Below are positions 51,737-61,217 of a DNA stretch of 64,000 bases, piece by piece (positions within the stretch are counted from its first letter, which is position 1; every line of letters begins with the position of its first letter). Origin of the DNA: Oligoflexia bacterium (GTDB lineage: Bacteria; Bdellovibrionota; UBA1018); contig CAVWVI010000003.1 in the NCBI GenBank assembly GCA_963758495.1, positions 352,001-416,000 on the forward strand, written 5' to 3'. The notes below the pieces were generated by a model. It had not been told where the DNA came from, did no database searches, and worked only from the letters and a program-made list of their open reading frames with translations. The position numbers and the translations under genes are program-made.

Positions 51737-53711
51737 CCTAAATTGGTAATTCAAATATTAATATATAAAGTATTTTCATTTTGTCATGCGTAAATTTGTA
51801 CTTTATAGAATTAAATTTGTCCACTAAAATAGTGGAGTTTGAAATAAAATTCATTTACATGAGATCAAACTTTAGTTAAGACCTCCTGCATTATGATCAT
51901 CCACAACAAGATGGGCCGTCCAAAAAAAGATCCTAATCGAACCGATATACGATTGGGGGAGCTCAAGTATAAGGGAGAAGATGACTCACTTACGGCGGCA
52001 GCAGGGCTTCCCATTATGTTGGAGCTGTTTTCAAGGTCACCCGCATTTACTCAATTTGTAAAGTGCCTCCCTTCCAGAGCTGGAAATAATACTTACGGAA
52101 GTGAAAAAATCGCATTACTTATTTGGCTAGGATTCTTGAGAGGATTCGATTGTATCGAGGATTTGGCTGATTTTGTATGGGATCCAGGTGTCATGCGAAA
52201 GCTGGGAGAGATTCCGAAACCTAGAGCTATTGGAAATTATTTGAGAGATTTTTCAGTAGAAAATAATGAAGCTATGAACGCATTCTTAAGACATCAGGCA
52301 AACCTGGCCAGAAGGCGGTTATTTAGCGACACTCCATTGGTGATTGACATAGATAGTACTTCACATGTTCAAAGAGGAAGTACCATTGAAGGGCTCGCTT
52401 ATAATTATAAAAACGAATGGTGCTTAGATAGCCTAGTAGCGTTTGATCAATTAGGATTTTGTCATGGAATGAAGCTCAGACCAGGCAGTACGTTTTCCTC
52501 TCAGGGATCCGCAGATTTCATTCGTGAAATATTTCCTGTATTGCCTGTGGATGAAGTGCAAAGAAAAAAAGAAAAAAGTAGACGCTTTTTTCGAGCAGAC
52601 TCAGCATTCTGCGAACAAGACTCCATTCATGCCTGCCTCGAGAGAGGGGTTTTATTTACAATCAGTGCACATGGCCGAACAGGATGGAAAGACCGAGTAA
52701 AAGCAGGAGCGATTCAAGATTGGATACCCTGGGAATATTCTCAAAAGGAAATAGAAGAAGCACAGGAGGCTGGCATTTCTTTACCTAAAGTAGATTTAGG
52801 TTCTTTTGTTTACCAGCCCGGATGGAGTGAGAATTTGCGTTTCTACCATGTCGTCAAAAGAACTTGGGTTACAAAGAAAACTAAACTCCCTAAGAAGAAA
52901 CAAACACAAGTTGAGAGTCTGGATGAAGAAGAGACTTTTGTTGAAGGTGAATGGCTCTATTATGGAGTTTTAACTAATTGGAATCTCTTTGAACATTCGC
53001 TTCAGGAAATCATGATACATCACCACCAGAGGGGTCATGCGGAAAATTTTATAAAAGAGGGAAAAAATTCTTATGACCTTAAGCACTTTCCATGTAAACC
53101 ATTGAAAGCAAATCACGCTTATGGCCTTTTAGGTTTAGTCGCGCACAATTTCATGAGAACGCTTGCTCTTCTCGATTCACCGAGCAAGCCCCACTTTGCT
53201 AAAGCAATTAGAAAAAAATTCATTTTTATCCCAGGAAAACTAGTTAACAGCGCTAAACAATGGTGGATGAAAATTCCAAGTCACTGGAAGAAGGAGGTGG
53301 ACCGACTTCTACACGCCTGGGAAAGGGCGTTTCTTCTTTCCCCAAATGCCAGGTAGATATTTTTCCTCTGGCATTGGGCCCACAAAAGCACTTTCGATTG
53401 TGATTAGTCCTGCATGATCTTTGACAACTTCACGTTGCTTGGATTGAGCCGGACCTTCGCTAACGGATAGCGCCGATGTTTTACCAACTAAATAAAGCTA
53501 CACACTCAGAGGCGCTAAGCACGCCCTAAAAAATGCTGCAGGGGACCTGCAGGGAGCACTCCCTTGTCTAATTTCACTGCCTAGAGGCGGAGGTGATGCC
53601 AAATTCTGGGCGCACGAAGGCCCTTCCATCCCCATCGAGGGGAACAGAAACAAAAATTTCTTCTAAAAATGACCTGTTTTTAAAGTGTCTGATTCAAAAT
53701 GCGGATTTGGG
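51737..53711 (+). mobile_element. IS1380-family complete inner copy (about 1975 bp)
   Basis: Imperfect terminal IRs CCTAAATTGGTAATT / rc CCCAAATCCGCATTT; 6-7 bp target duplication. Confidence 0.85.
51893..53356 (+). CDS. IS1380-family DDE transposase, copy 2
   Basis: Protein identical to copy 1 (offset 1697 bp). Confidence 0.88.
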   Translation: MIIHNKMGRPKKDPNRTDIRLGELKYKGEDDSLTAAAGLPIMLELFSRSPAFTQFVKCLPSRAGNNTYGSEKIALLIWLGFLRGFDCIEDLADFVWDPGVMRKLGEIPKPRAIGNYLRDFSVENNEAMNAFLRHQANLARRRLFSDTPLVIDIDSTSHVQRGSTIEGLAYNYKNEWCLDSLVAFDQLGFCHGMKLRPGSTFSSQGSADFIREIFPVLPVDEVQRKKEKSRRFFRADSAFCEQDSIHACLERGVLFTISAHGRTGWKDRVKAGAIQDWIPWEYSQKEIEEAQEAGISLPKVDLGSFVYQPGWSENLRFYHVVKRTWVTKKTKLPKKKQTQVESLDEEETFVEGEWLYYGVLTNWNLFEHSLQEIMIHHHQRGHAENFIKEGKNSYDLKHFPCKPLKANHAYGLLGLVAHNFMRTLALLDSPSKPHFAKAIRKKFIFIPGKLVNSAKQWWMKIPSHWKKEVDRLLHAWERAFLLSPNAR

Positions 53712-53996
53712 ACTTCACGTTGCTTGGATTGAGCCGGACCTTCGCTAACGGATAGCGCCGATGTTTTACCAACTAAATAAAGCTACACACTCAGAGGCGC
53801 TAAGCACGCCCTAAAAAATGCTGCAGGGGACCTGCAGGGAGCACTCCCTTGTCTAATTTCACTGCCTAGAGGCGGAGGTGATGCCAAATTCTGGGCGCAC
53901 GAAGGCCCTTCCATCCCCATCGAGGGGAACAGAAACAAAAATTTCTTCTAAAAATGACCTGTTTTTAAAGTGTCTGATTCAAAATGCGGATTTGGG

Positions 53997-54229
53997 TTTT
54001 ACCAACTAAATAAAGCTACACACTCAGAGGCGCTAAGCACGCCCTAAAAAATGCTGCAGGGGACCTGCAGGGAGCACTCCCTTGTCTAATTTCACTGCCT
54101 AGAGGCGGAGGTGATGCCAAATTCTGGGCGCACGAAGGCCCTTCCATCCCCATCGAGGGGAACAGAAACAAAAATTTCTTCTAAAAATGACCTGTTTTTA
54201 AAGTGTCTGATTCAAAATGCGGATTTGGG
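53997..54229 (+). repeat. Third, orphan IS1380 right end (233 bp)
   Basis: Appears identical to 53479-53711 and ends GCGGATTTGGG. Confidence 0.9.
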
Positions 54230-54290
54230 AACCTTTATTTTTCTTAGAAATTTCAATTACTTATCTTCATTATATAGGGAAATATTAAAA

Positions 54291-54367
54291 TGGCGGGAGT
54301 GAAGGGACTCGAACCCTCGACCTTCGCCGTGACAGGGCGACGTTGTAACCAACTCAACTACACCCCC
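54291..54367 (-). tRNA. tRNA-Asp(GTC)
   Basis: Acceptor GGGGGTG/CACTCCC, anticodon arm TCGCC-CT-GTC-AC-GGCGA, GGTTCGAGTCC T-arm, encoded CCA; 77 nt. Confidence 0.97.
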
Positions 54368-54476
54368 GCATTTAAAATAGGGCTGTCACTGCGTCTTGAA
54401 CAAGAGAGAGAACTAATCGAATCGACTATCAAAGTCAACAAAGTTTCTTAAAAACTCCGATCATTCACCCGATTCA

Positions 54477-55355
54477 TCATCCGATTAATGGCAGCTTCCG
54501 CTTTTTATATTCTTCAGTCAAAACATCCTGCATCGTTTTAATCACGAAATCATAGATATTTTGTAGATTCTGCTCCTCGGTGAGCGAAGAATCCATCATT
54601 GCGCTCACATCAATTGGAGGGAGGATCTTGAAGTCCATTTTAGCGGGCATAGGAATAAAAATAGAGGCAAATGCGGCTGGAGCTAGAAGCAGCGGGAATA
54701 AGGTAAACACACCGCTAACCATGCACCACATAAAGAAAAGAGATCTAAATGTAATAGGAACGCCATGAAGACGAAATTTTTCCTTGAGACCTAATTTTTC
54801 AGCAATTTCCTCACCCCGATGAAGAATTACGTAACTCTCATGAGCACCAATGCTCACAACGGGCACGATGGGTACTTTGGCTTTAAGTGCAAGACGGATA
54901 AAGCCTTTTCGCTGATAAAAATCGACTTTTTTACGTTCAGAATAAGGGCGAAATGACTCTTTTTCTCCCCCCGGGTACACAAGTAATGAATAGTCACGGC
55001 TCAAAGCTTCTATAGCAATTTCCGGATCCGCAGGAATGGCACCAATCCTTGGAATAATCCAACGAAAAACGGGATTATTTAACGCAAGACTATGAGCTAA
55101 ACCCAAGGCTCTTTTAGAAGACCCGAAACGCTTCCACCAAGCATAAAAAAGCATCAACACTTCAAAAGTAAGTAGGCCGTTATGATTTCCTACAAACAGC
55201 GCCTTTTCCTTAGGAAAATTTTCCCAGCCAGCTACATTACAGCGAAAATAATATTTATAAAGACCTTCCAGGAATGGTTCAATTTTTCGTGCGAAATCAT
55301 GATCGACGCGGCCTAAGTCTCTAAAAAGTCTTCGTTTTTGTGCTGATGAAACCAT
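54477..55355 (-). CDS. Lysophospholipid acyltransferase-family protein
   Basis: Motifs FVGNHNG, LVYPGG and GFIRLALKA.VPIVPV. Confidence 0.85.
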   Translation of the reverse strand: MVSSAQKRRLFRDLGRVDHDFARKIEPFLEGLYKYYFRCNVAGWENFPKEKALFVGNHNGLLTFEVLMLFYAWWKRFGSSKRALGLAHSLALNNPVFRWIIPRIGAIPADPEIAIEALSRDYSLLVYPGGEKESFRPYSERKKVDFYQRKGFIRLALKAKVPIVPVVSIGAHESYVILHRGEEIAEKLGLKEKFRLHGVPITFRSLFFMWCMVSGVFTLFPLLLAPAAFASIFIPMPAKMDFKILPPIDVSAMMDSSLTEEQNLQNIYDFVIKTMQDVLTEEYKKRKLPLIG

Positions 55356-55424
55356 AAACCCCCTCAATACGGAGGAACATATGCGCCAAGTTATGCCTAT
55401 TGTCAATTAAACTGACTGGAGAAG

Positions 55425-56598
55425 TTATGCAATATCTTCTGATCCACCCCCTCGAGCCCACTCCCCCGTAATTCGGCATGTCAGATAAGACTTCATGAAG
55501 CCGTCTAAATCCCCATCCAAAGTCTTTTCTGCTGTAGGGACGACGAAGCCTGTTCGATGATCTTTAACCATTTTATAGGGATGAAGAACATAAGAGCGAA
55601 TTTGACTGCCCCAGGCAATGTCTTTCTTGGTTTCCTCAATAGCAGCTTGCTTCTTTCGCTCTTCCTCAAGATGCCGTTCATAAAGACGAGATCTAAGGAC
55701 TTTCATTGCGAGATCTTTATTCTTAATTTGAGAACGTTCTTGCTGGCACGCAACCACGATACCCGATGGCATATGAGTCAGCCTGACCGCTGAGTCCGTC
55801 GTATTCACGCCTTGCCCCCCCTTACCTCCCGATCTGTAAACGTCAACTCTAAGATCAACCGGATTAATCACAACCTCAAAATCATCATCAATTTCTGGGC
55901 TGATATAAACACTCGTAAACGAGGTATGTCTGCGAGCATTTGAATCAAAGGGGGATATTCTTACCAATCGATGAACGCCCGCTTCGGACTTCAATAAACC
56001 ATAAGCATAGGGCCCGCTGACAGTCAGTGTGACATTCTTAATTCCTGCCTCTTCACCTGCCAAGTAATCAATCAAATCAACTTTAAATCCCTTATCTTGA
56101 GCCCAACGCTGATACATACGCATCAACATCTGCGCCCAATCTTGAGACTCAGTTCCGCCAGCACCGGCATTAATAGTTAAAATGGCATTATTGGAGTCTA
56201 CATCTTCAGAGAGCATCTTATGGAATTCAACTTGCTCAAACTGTAAAGACAGACCTTTCACAAGCTGAGAGACCTCTTTAAAAGTATCTTCATCCTTCGC
56301 TTCTTGTGCGAGCTCAAAAAGAGTAGTCGCATCGTTAAATGCACGCTCAAGCTCTGAAAACTCAGTCAATTCAGACTCAAGGCGAGATTTTTCCTGCGTG
56401 AGTGCCCGAGCCTTTCGGTTATCATTCCAAAAGCCATCTTGATTCGAAAGTTCTGCTAATTCTTGAATTCGACGTTGTTTGACCCCAAGGTCAAAGTGAA
56501 CCTCGAAGGAAATCGAGCTTTTCGCTCATATTGGATAGAAATTCCTTAATTTCATAAGGAGCCAAAATAGATCCGCTTCCCTGCTGTTGTAAACTCAT
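55425..56598 (-). CDS. prfB: Peptide chain release factor 2 with programmed +1 frameshift
   Basis: ORF1 MSLQQQ...LRGSL* ends CGA-GGT-TCA-CTT-TGA-C (TGA at 56491-93). The +1 frame DLGVK...FWND joins the tracked ORF containing SPF and GGQ. Confidence 0.95.
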
Positions 56599-56604
56599 GT
56601 GAAT

Positions 56605-57099
56605 CTAATTACCTGAGTAAGTGCGATCGATCAAGCCTAAGAATTGATGAAGTTTAGAAGAGGGTAATATTGTCTTCAGTATTTTGGACTCCCACTTTGC
56701 CATTTCTCCTGCCTCTCGAACTCCTAGTTCATGATCAAATCCCAATAAATGGAGAATCCCATGAACCAAAAGCACATCTAATTCCAACTCGGGTTCATGA
56801 TGATAGGATTTAGCTTGTTCTTTGAGGGTGGGTAGACAGATGACCATTTCACCCAGCAAGCCGGTTTCACGAAAGAATGCGATGGCAGGAAAACTTAAAA
56901 TATCAGTCGGATAGCGTTTTCCACGAAACGAGGAATTGAGACGGGTCATCGTAGGCCGATTGACTAATTTAAATTCGACATTCCATTGAACTTTTGGACC
57001 TAATTTTGCCAATGTTGGGAATTGCTGAGCTGCTTTTAGAATCCGATTGAGCTTCCGTTCCGCCAACTCATTCCAATCTTGAAGGGACAGGGCTTTCAT
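56605..57099 (-). CDS. ybeY: rRNA maturation endoribonuclease YbeY
   Basis: Motifs LN..FRGK.YPTDILSF and HGILHLLGFDH. Confidence 0.92.
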   Translation of the reverse strand: MKALSLQDWNELAERKLNRILKAAQQFPTLAKLGPKVQWNVEFKLVNRPTMTRLNSSFRGKRYPTDILSFPAIAFFRETGLLGEMVICLPTLKEQAKSYHHEPELELDVLLVHGILHLLGFDHELGVREAGEMAKWESKILKTILPSSKLHQFLGLIDRTYSGN

Positions 57100-57147
57100 G
57101 GACAAGACTCTAACGTATACCCCAATATTATGTTAATTCATTTTAAT

Positions 57148-58611
57148 ATGACTCAAATGAAATCCAATCCATCTCCAACAGCGCTCCTTCAACTCATTGA
57201 AACCGTGCATCGCCTCCGAGCACCCGATGGTTGCCCGTGGGACCGAGCTCAAACTCATCAAAGTTTGCGTCAATACTTAATCGAAGAAGCCTATGAAGTA
57301 ATCGATGTTTTAGATCAAATTAACTCTCCTGAAGACCTAAAAATTCCAAAGATCCGAGACAGTTTTCGAGAAGAACTCGGTGACCTTTTCATGCAAGTAC
57401 TTCTGCACTCCGAAATGACTCATGAGGCGGGGGCATTTAATATTCATGACGTTGCTCAAGGCCTGAATGATAAACTCATCCGCAGACACCCTCATGTGTT
57501 TGGAGAAGTAAAAGCAGATTCAGTAGAGAGTGCACTCAAAAATTGGGAAAAAGAAAAATCAAAAGAAAAAGCCTCAGACTTAAATTCGAGTATTTTAGAG
57601 GGAGTACCTCGCAATTTGCCAGCACTTCAACGCGCCGCTCGCGTGTTGGAAAAAGTGACAAAAGTAGGATTTCAATGGCACGACATGCATGGCCCATTGG
57701 AAAAAGTCGATGAAGAACTCGCAGAACTTAAATTAGAAATACTCAAGCTCGATCAACTGACTCAGACCCCTCAAACTTCTGAGTCTTCTGAACTTGAAAA
57801 AGCACTTAAAAAACGAGTTGAATCTGAATTGGGAGATTTATTTTTTACGCTGTGCAACATTTCTTATCTCATGAAAATCAGCCCAGAGGATTCTTTACGA
57901 GGCACTCTCTCTCGTTTTCAAAATCGCTTTCGGCATGTTGAATCTAGACTCAAAGAACAGGGAAAAACTCCAGAGCAATCTAGCTTAGTCGAAATGGATC
58001 AGTTTTGGAATGAGGCAAAGAAAATTGAAAAAGCTGAAGTCTGGGGTCTTACAGGAGGTATTGCAGCAGGAAAATCAACAGTCGGTCAATACTTCATTCA
58101 GCTTGGAATACCCGTCATAGATGCAGATCAAATCACAAGAGACCTCCTCCAAAAAGATAGCCCGGCCTATTCTGATTTGATTCATCGCTTTGGAACCCTA
58201 GAGCGAAATCAACTCCGAGAAATTGTTTTTTCTGATTTAACAGCAAAGAAAGACCTTGAACAGATCCTCCATCCCTTGATTCAAATGGAAAGTAGAAAAC
58301 GAATTCAAACTTTGGCTTTAAAACATCCCATCATCATCTATGAAGCTGCACTTCTAGTCGAAACGGGTCGTTATCAAGACCTAGCGGGTCTCATTGTTGT
58401 AGAGGCTTCTGAAGAAATTCGCATTCAACGCCTTCTCTCACGGAAAACGGCAACACCCGAGTTAGCCAGAAAAATGATAAACTCTCAAATTTCAGATCTA
58501 GAGAGAGAAAAGCATGCAGATCTTATTTTGGAAAATTCAGGAACCCTTGAAGATTTGCATACTAAAGTTGAGGAATTTGTTTTTAAAAAAGGTTGGAATT
58601 CACACACTTAA
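57148..58611 (+). CDS. mazG: MazG pyrophosphohydrolase fused in frame to dephospho-CoA kinase (CoaE)
   Basis: MazG motifs LR.P.GCPWD..QT, EEAYE, EELGD and RRHPHVF, then from about 58036 CoaE motifs GLTGGIAAGKST, IDADQI and LHPLI. Confidence 0.88.
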   Translation: MTQMKSNPSPTALLQLIETVHRLRAPDGCPWDRAQTHQSLRQYLIEEAYEVIDVLDQINSPEDLKIPKIRDSFREELGDLFMQVLLHSEMTHEAGAFNIHDVAQGLNDKLIRRHPHVFGEVKADSVESALKNWEKEKSKEKASDLNSSILEGVPRNLPALQRAARVLEKVTKVGFQWHDMHGPLEKVDEELAELKLEILKLDQLTQTPQTSESSELEKALKKRVESELGDLFFTLCNISYLMKISPEDSLRGTLSRFQNRFRHVESRLKEQGKTPEQSSLVEMDQFWNEAKKIEKAEVWGLTGGIAAGKSTVGQYFIQLGIPVIDADQITRDLLQKDSPAYSDLIHRFGTLERNQLREIVFSDLTAKKDLEQILHPLIQMESRKRIQTLALKHPIIIYEAALLVETGRYQDLAGLIVVEASEEIRIQRLLSRKTATPELARKMINSQISDLEREKHADLILENSGTLEDLHTKVEEFVFKKGWNSHT

Positions 58612-58681
58612 TCTTTACAAACAAAAAAACGTCCCCTACTCTTAAATAATCGTTTTTTAAACGTCCGCTACCGGAGGGTGG

Positions 58682-59545
58682 ATGAAATCTATTATTGGAA
58701 TCATTGCGGGAATCATTGCGCTTAGTTCTCTATTCACAGGCTGCAATCCTTATAGCGTGGTGGATAAACCATCAGGAGATATTCAAACTTTATCTGCCGC
58801 CCGAGCCTGTTTTGACCAAGGTGATTTTACCTGTTCACTGAACTACTATGCACAGCTCTCGTCAGCCCAGTCAGATCAACAAAATGCTGAAACCGCTTTT
58901 TTACTCCTGGCTCAAAATGGTGCCCCAATCACTTCCTATGTCAATGCTGTTGTAAATGGCTCCAGCAGTGGAGGTAAGCTCATTACACTTCTTTCAAATT
59001 CTTTAACCCAAACACCCAGCTTAACCAATCGTCTTGCTTATTTTCATGCCTATCAAAAAAATACTGCCATTATCGATACGAAATCTCAGGGCTTGGTTCG
59101 TTTTGTGGCTAGTCTAGCTCTGATTGCAGAACTTCTCGGAGAAGATGCGAGCACCTCCGGCAATCTCTTGGCCTCAGATATTGTCAAGAATCCAACTGAA
59201 TGTCTGACCAACATGAATTCAAACCCTATTACTTTCGCCAGCCTCATTCCGAATACAGGTTGTGAAAAACCAACAGGAAAGCTCCTGACTACCGGAAGTC
59301 CCCTTACCTCTTTAGATGCGATCACCAGTGATACGAGTATGTCAGGAACGCCCACTCTTTACATGATTGATGCTGCCATTAATTCTGCGGAAGCAGGGTT
59401 GAATCAAATGGACACTTCCGGCTCTTTAGGCTCCACAACTCTAAGCTTTACCCAGAAGGTATTACAAGCGGGGCTTTCTGGAGGCTCAGGTGATTCCCCT
59501 TTCTTTCGAGGAACCCTCATCTTACTTGGTGTAGGAGCAAACTAA
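58682..59545 (+). CDS. Hypothetical lipoprotein
   Basis: Lipobox FTGC; GGAGG RBS. Confidence 0.65.
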   Translation: MKSIIGIIAGIIALSSLFTGCNPYSVVDKPSGDIQTLSAARACFDQGDFTCSLNYYAQLSSAQSDQQNAETAFLLLAQNGAPITSYVNAVVNGSSSGGKLITLLSNSLTQTPSLTNRLAYFHAYQKNTAIIDTKSQGLVRFVASLALIAELLGEDASTSGNLLASDIVKNPTECLTNMNSNPITFASLIPNTGCEKPTGKLLTTGSPLTSLDAITSDTSMSGTPTLYMIDAAINSAEAGLNQMDTSGSLGSTTLSFTQKVLQAGLSGGSGDSPFFRGTLILLGVGAN

Positions 59546-60666
59546 TGTCTTTCACACTCTCTTTTTTATTTTCATTATCTTGGATTGTCTGGATGAGTTT
59601 TAGCTGCACCTCTGCTTTCGCTTTGGACCAAATTATTCGCCCTTACCAGAGCGTTCGGAGTGCAGGTATGGGTGGAGTCAGAATCACGACTGGATTATAT
59701 GATGAAAACTTCTTCAATAACCCTGCTCGAGTCACTGCCAATCCAAAATCAAAATTCACGCTTCTCCAACTTACGCCAGGAGAAGTAACCCCTCCGACAA
59801 TCAATGCTGCGTCTTCTATTGCAAGCGGAAAAGATGCCATCACCACAGTAAACAGTGTCGCGGGCCAGAATCTCCATGATCGAATTCAATTGATACTTCC
59901 AGCCTTTTATCGAGCTGCCAGTGACGATAGAAAATGGGCCTGGGCTTTTGGACTCATTACAAGTCTGCAAACAGATGCTGATATCAGGATGAGTACTCAA
60001 GCCAGCTTCGACGGCATCGTAGATATAGGTCCTGCCCTCACCATTGGAAGAAAGCTTCTCAAAAATAATGCTCTCTCTATCGGCTTAACAGGACACCTCA
60101 CCTATCGTTTAGGCACCAACCCGAACTACGGATTATTGGATTATATTCGAGGCGTACCCCTCACACTCAATTCACTAGGCGGCGAAGGAGCCATGGTTGA
60201 TTTCGACCTAGGCTCTACCTATAAGCTCACCCGCTTAGGCGAATTTGAGATCAGCATCGGTGGTGCAATACAAAACTTGCTCGGAGGACAGTACAGTAAT
60301 TTGCACTTCACGCCTCTCAATATAGGGAGTCTTCCCCCCGCACAACCCCGAAGTTTTGGACTAGGGGGCTCTGCCACTCGTGCGAAGTGGGGACCCTTTT
60401 CTGAAACAGTTTTTGCGTTAGAAGCAACAGACTTTCTCAATAATTCAAATGGAAGTCTATTTCGACTTTTGCATATCGGCGGCGAAACTCGCTGGAAAGC
60501 CATTGCCTTCCGAGCAGGTCTTAATCAGGGATATTGGACAGCTGGACTTGGACTCGATGCTCATTATTTTACACTCAATTTAGCGAGTTATGGCGAAGAG
60601 ATGGGCTTAAACGCCGGTGTCTTACAAGATCGCAGGTATACCCTAGACTTTGGGCTTCATATTTAA
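59545..60666 (+). CDS. Outer-membrane beta-barrel (TraF_2/FadL-like)
   Basis: Motifs RS.GMGG...F.NPA, R.GLNQGY.T.G.G and ASYGEE.G. Confidence 0.65.
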   Translation: MSFTLSFLFSLSWIVWMSFSCTSAFALDQIIRPYQSVRSAGMGGVRITTGLYDENFFNNPARVTANPKSKFTLLQLTPGEVTPPTINAASSIASGKDAITTVNSVAGQNLHDRIQLILPAFYRAASDDRKWAWAFGLITSLQTDADIRMSTQASFDGIVDIGPALTIGRKLLKNNALSIGLTGHLTYRLGTNPNYGLLDYIRGVPLTLNSLGGEGAMVDFDLGSTYKLTRLGEFEISIGGAIQNLLGGQYSNLHFTPLNIGSLPPAQPRSFGLGGSATRAKWGPFSETVFALEATDFLNNSNGSLFRLLHIGGETRWKAIAFRAGLNQGYWTAGLGLDAHYFTLNLASYGEEMGLNAGVLQDRRYTLDFGLHI

Positions 60667-60754
60667 GGCCCTGTTATTACTTATAAATACTTTAATAAAT
60701 AAAAACAGTACAATATTATTGTTTATTCGCTCGACTCAATGCATAATTATAAAC

Positions 60755-61198
60755 ATGTGGCATGCTCCGAATCAGCGTATCCGATCCCTCACAAGTGGGA
60801 AAAAACGAGACAAAGATAAGGGCCGAAAATCTTTACATATCAAGAGAGTAACTGCTCAACTCGAATTTTATGAGGGCGACTCTCCCGACCCCACTTCAAC
60901 GCATGTTCGTCTAGTTTTAAATGACTTAACCGCTAAAAGCACTGAGCTTTTTTCACCTATTGCCTTAAACCCTGGGCAGGAGATCGCCTTATCTATCAAG
61001 GAGCCTGAAAGGGTTAAAGTTCAAGCTCAAGTCGTTTGGTGTCAAGAACAGGGTGTCAATAGCCATATTCTCTCTAATCAACCTTACTCATTTCGATTGT
61101 GCGTAGAGTTCAAGTTAACACCAGAAGAAGCACAAGCCATGGCTGCATTTTGTGAAATTATAAATAATAATTATCTATTTAATACGCATACAATTTAA
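60755..61198 (+). CDS. PilZ-like domain protein (degenerate motifs)
   Basis: LNDLT......F....L.PGQ.I.L...V.A.VVWC......R..VEF. Confidence 0.6.
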   Translation: MWHAPNQRIRSLTSGKKRDKDKGRKSLHIKRVTAQLEFYEGDSPDPTSTHVRLVLNDLTAKSTELFSPIALNPGQEIALSIKEPERVKVQAQVVWCQEQGVNSHILSNQPYSFRLCVEFKLTPEEAQAMAAFCEIINNNYLFNTHTI

Positions 61199-61217
61199 AC
61201 TAAGGAACTACTTACAA

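Larger units (their letters stand above)
50040..53996 (+). mobile_element. IS1380-family outer copy (50040-51736 plus 53712-53996), interrupted by an apparently identical inner copy
   Basis: Left end CCTAAATTGG, right end GCGGATTTGGG; ACTTCAC duplicated at 51730-36 and 53712-18. Confidence 0.8.

Noticed and set aside
53427..54229. Three long direct repeats as a CRISPR-like or guide array
   Set aside because: There are no unique spacers. The units are nested sub-segments of the IS right end, explained by insertion with target duplication.
54111..54302. 63-aa ORF
   Set aside because: It starts in the IS tail and runs into the flank and tRNA; no recognisable motif.
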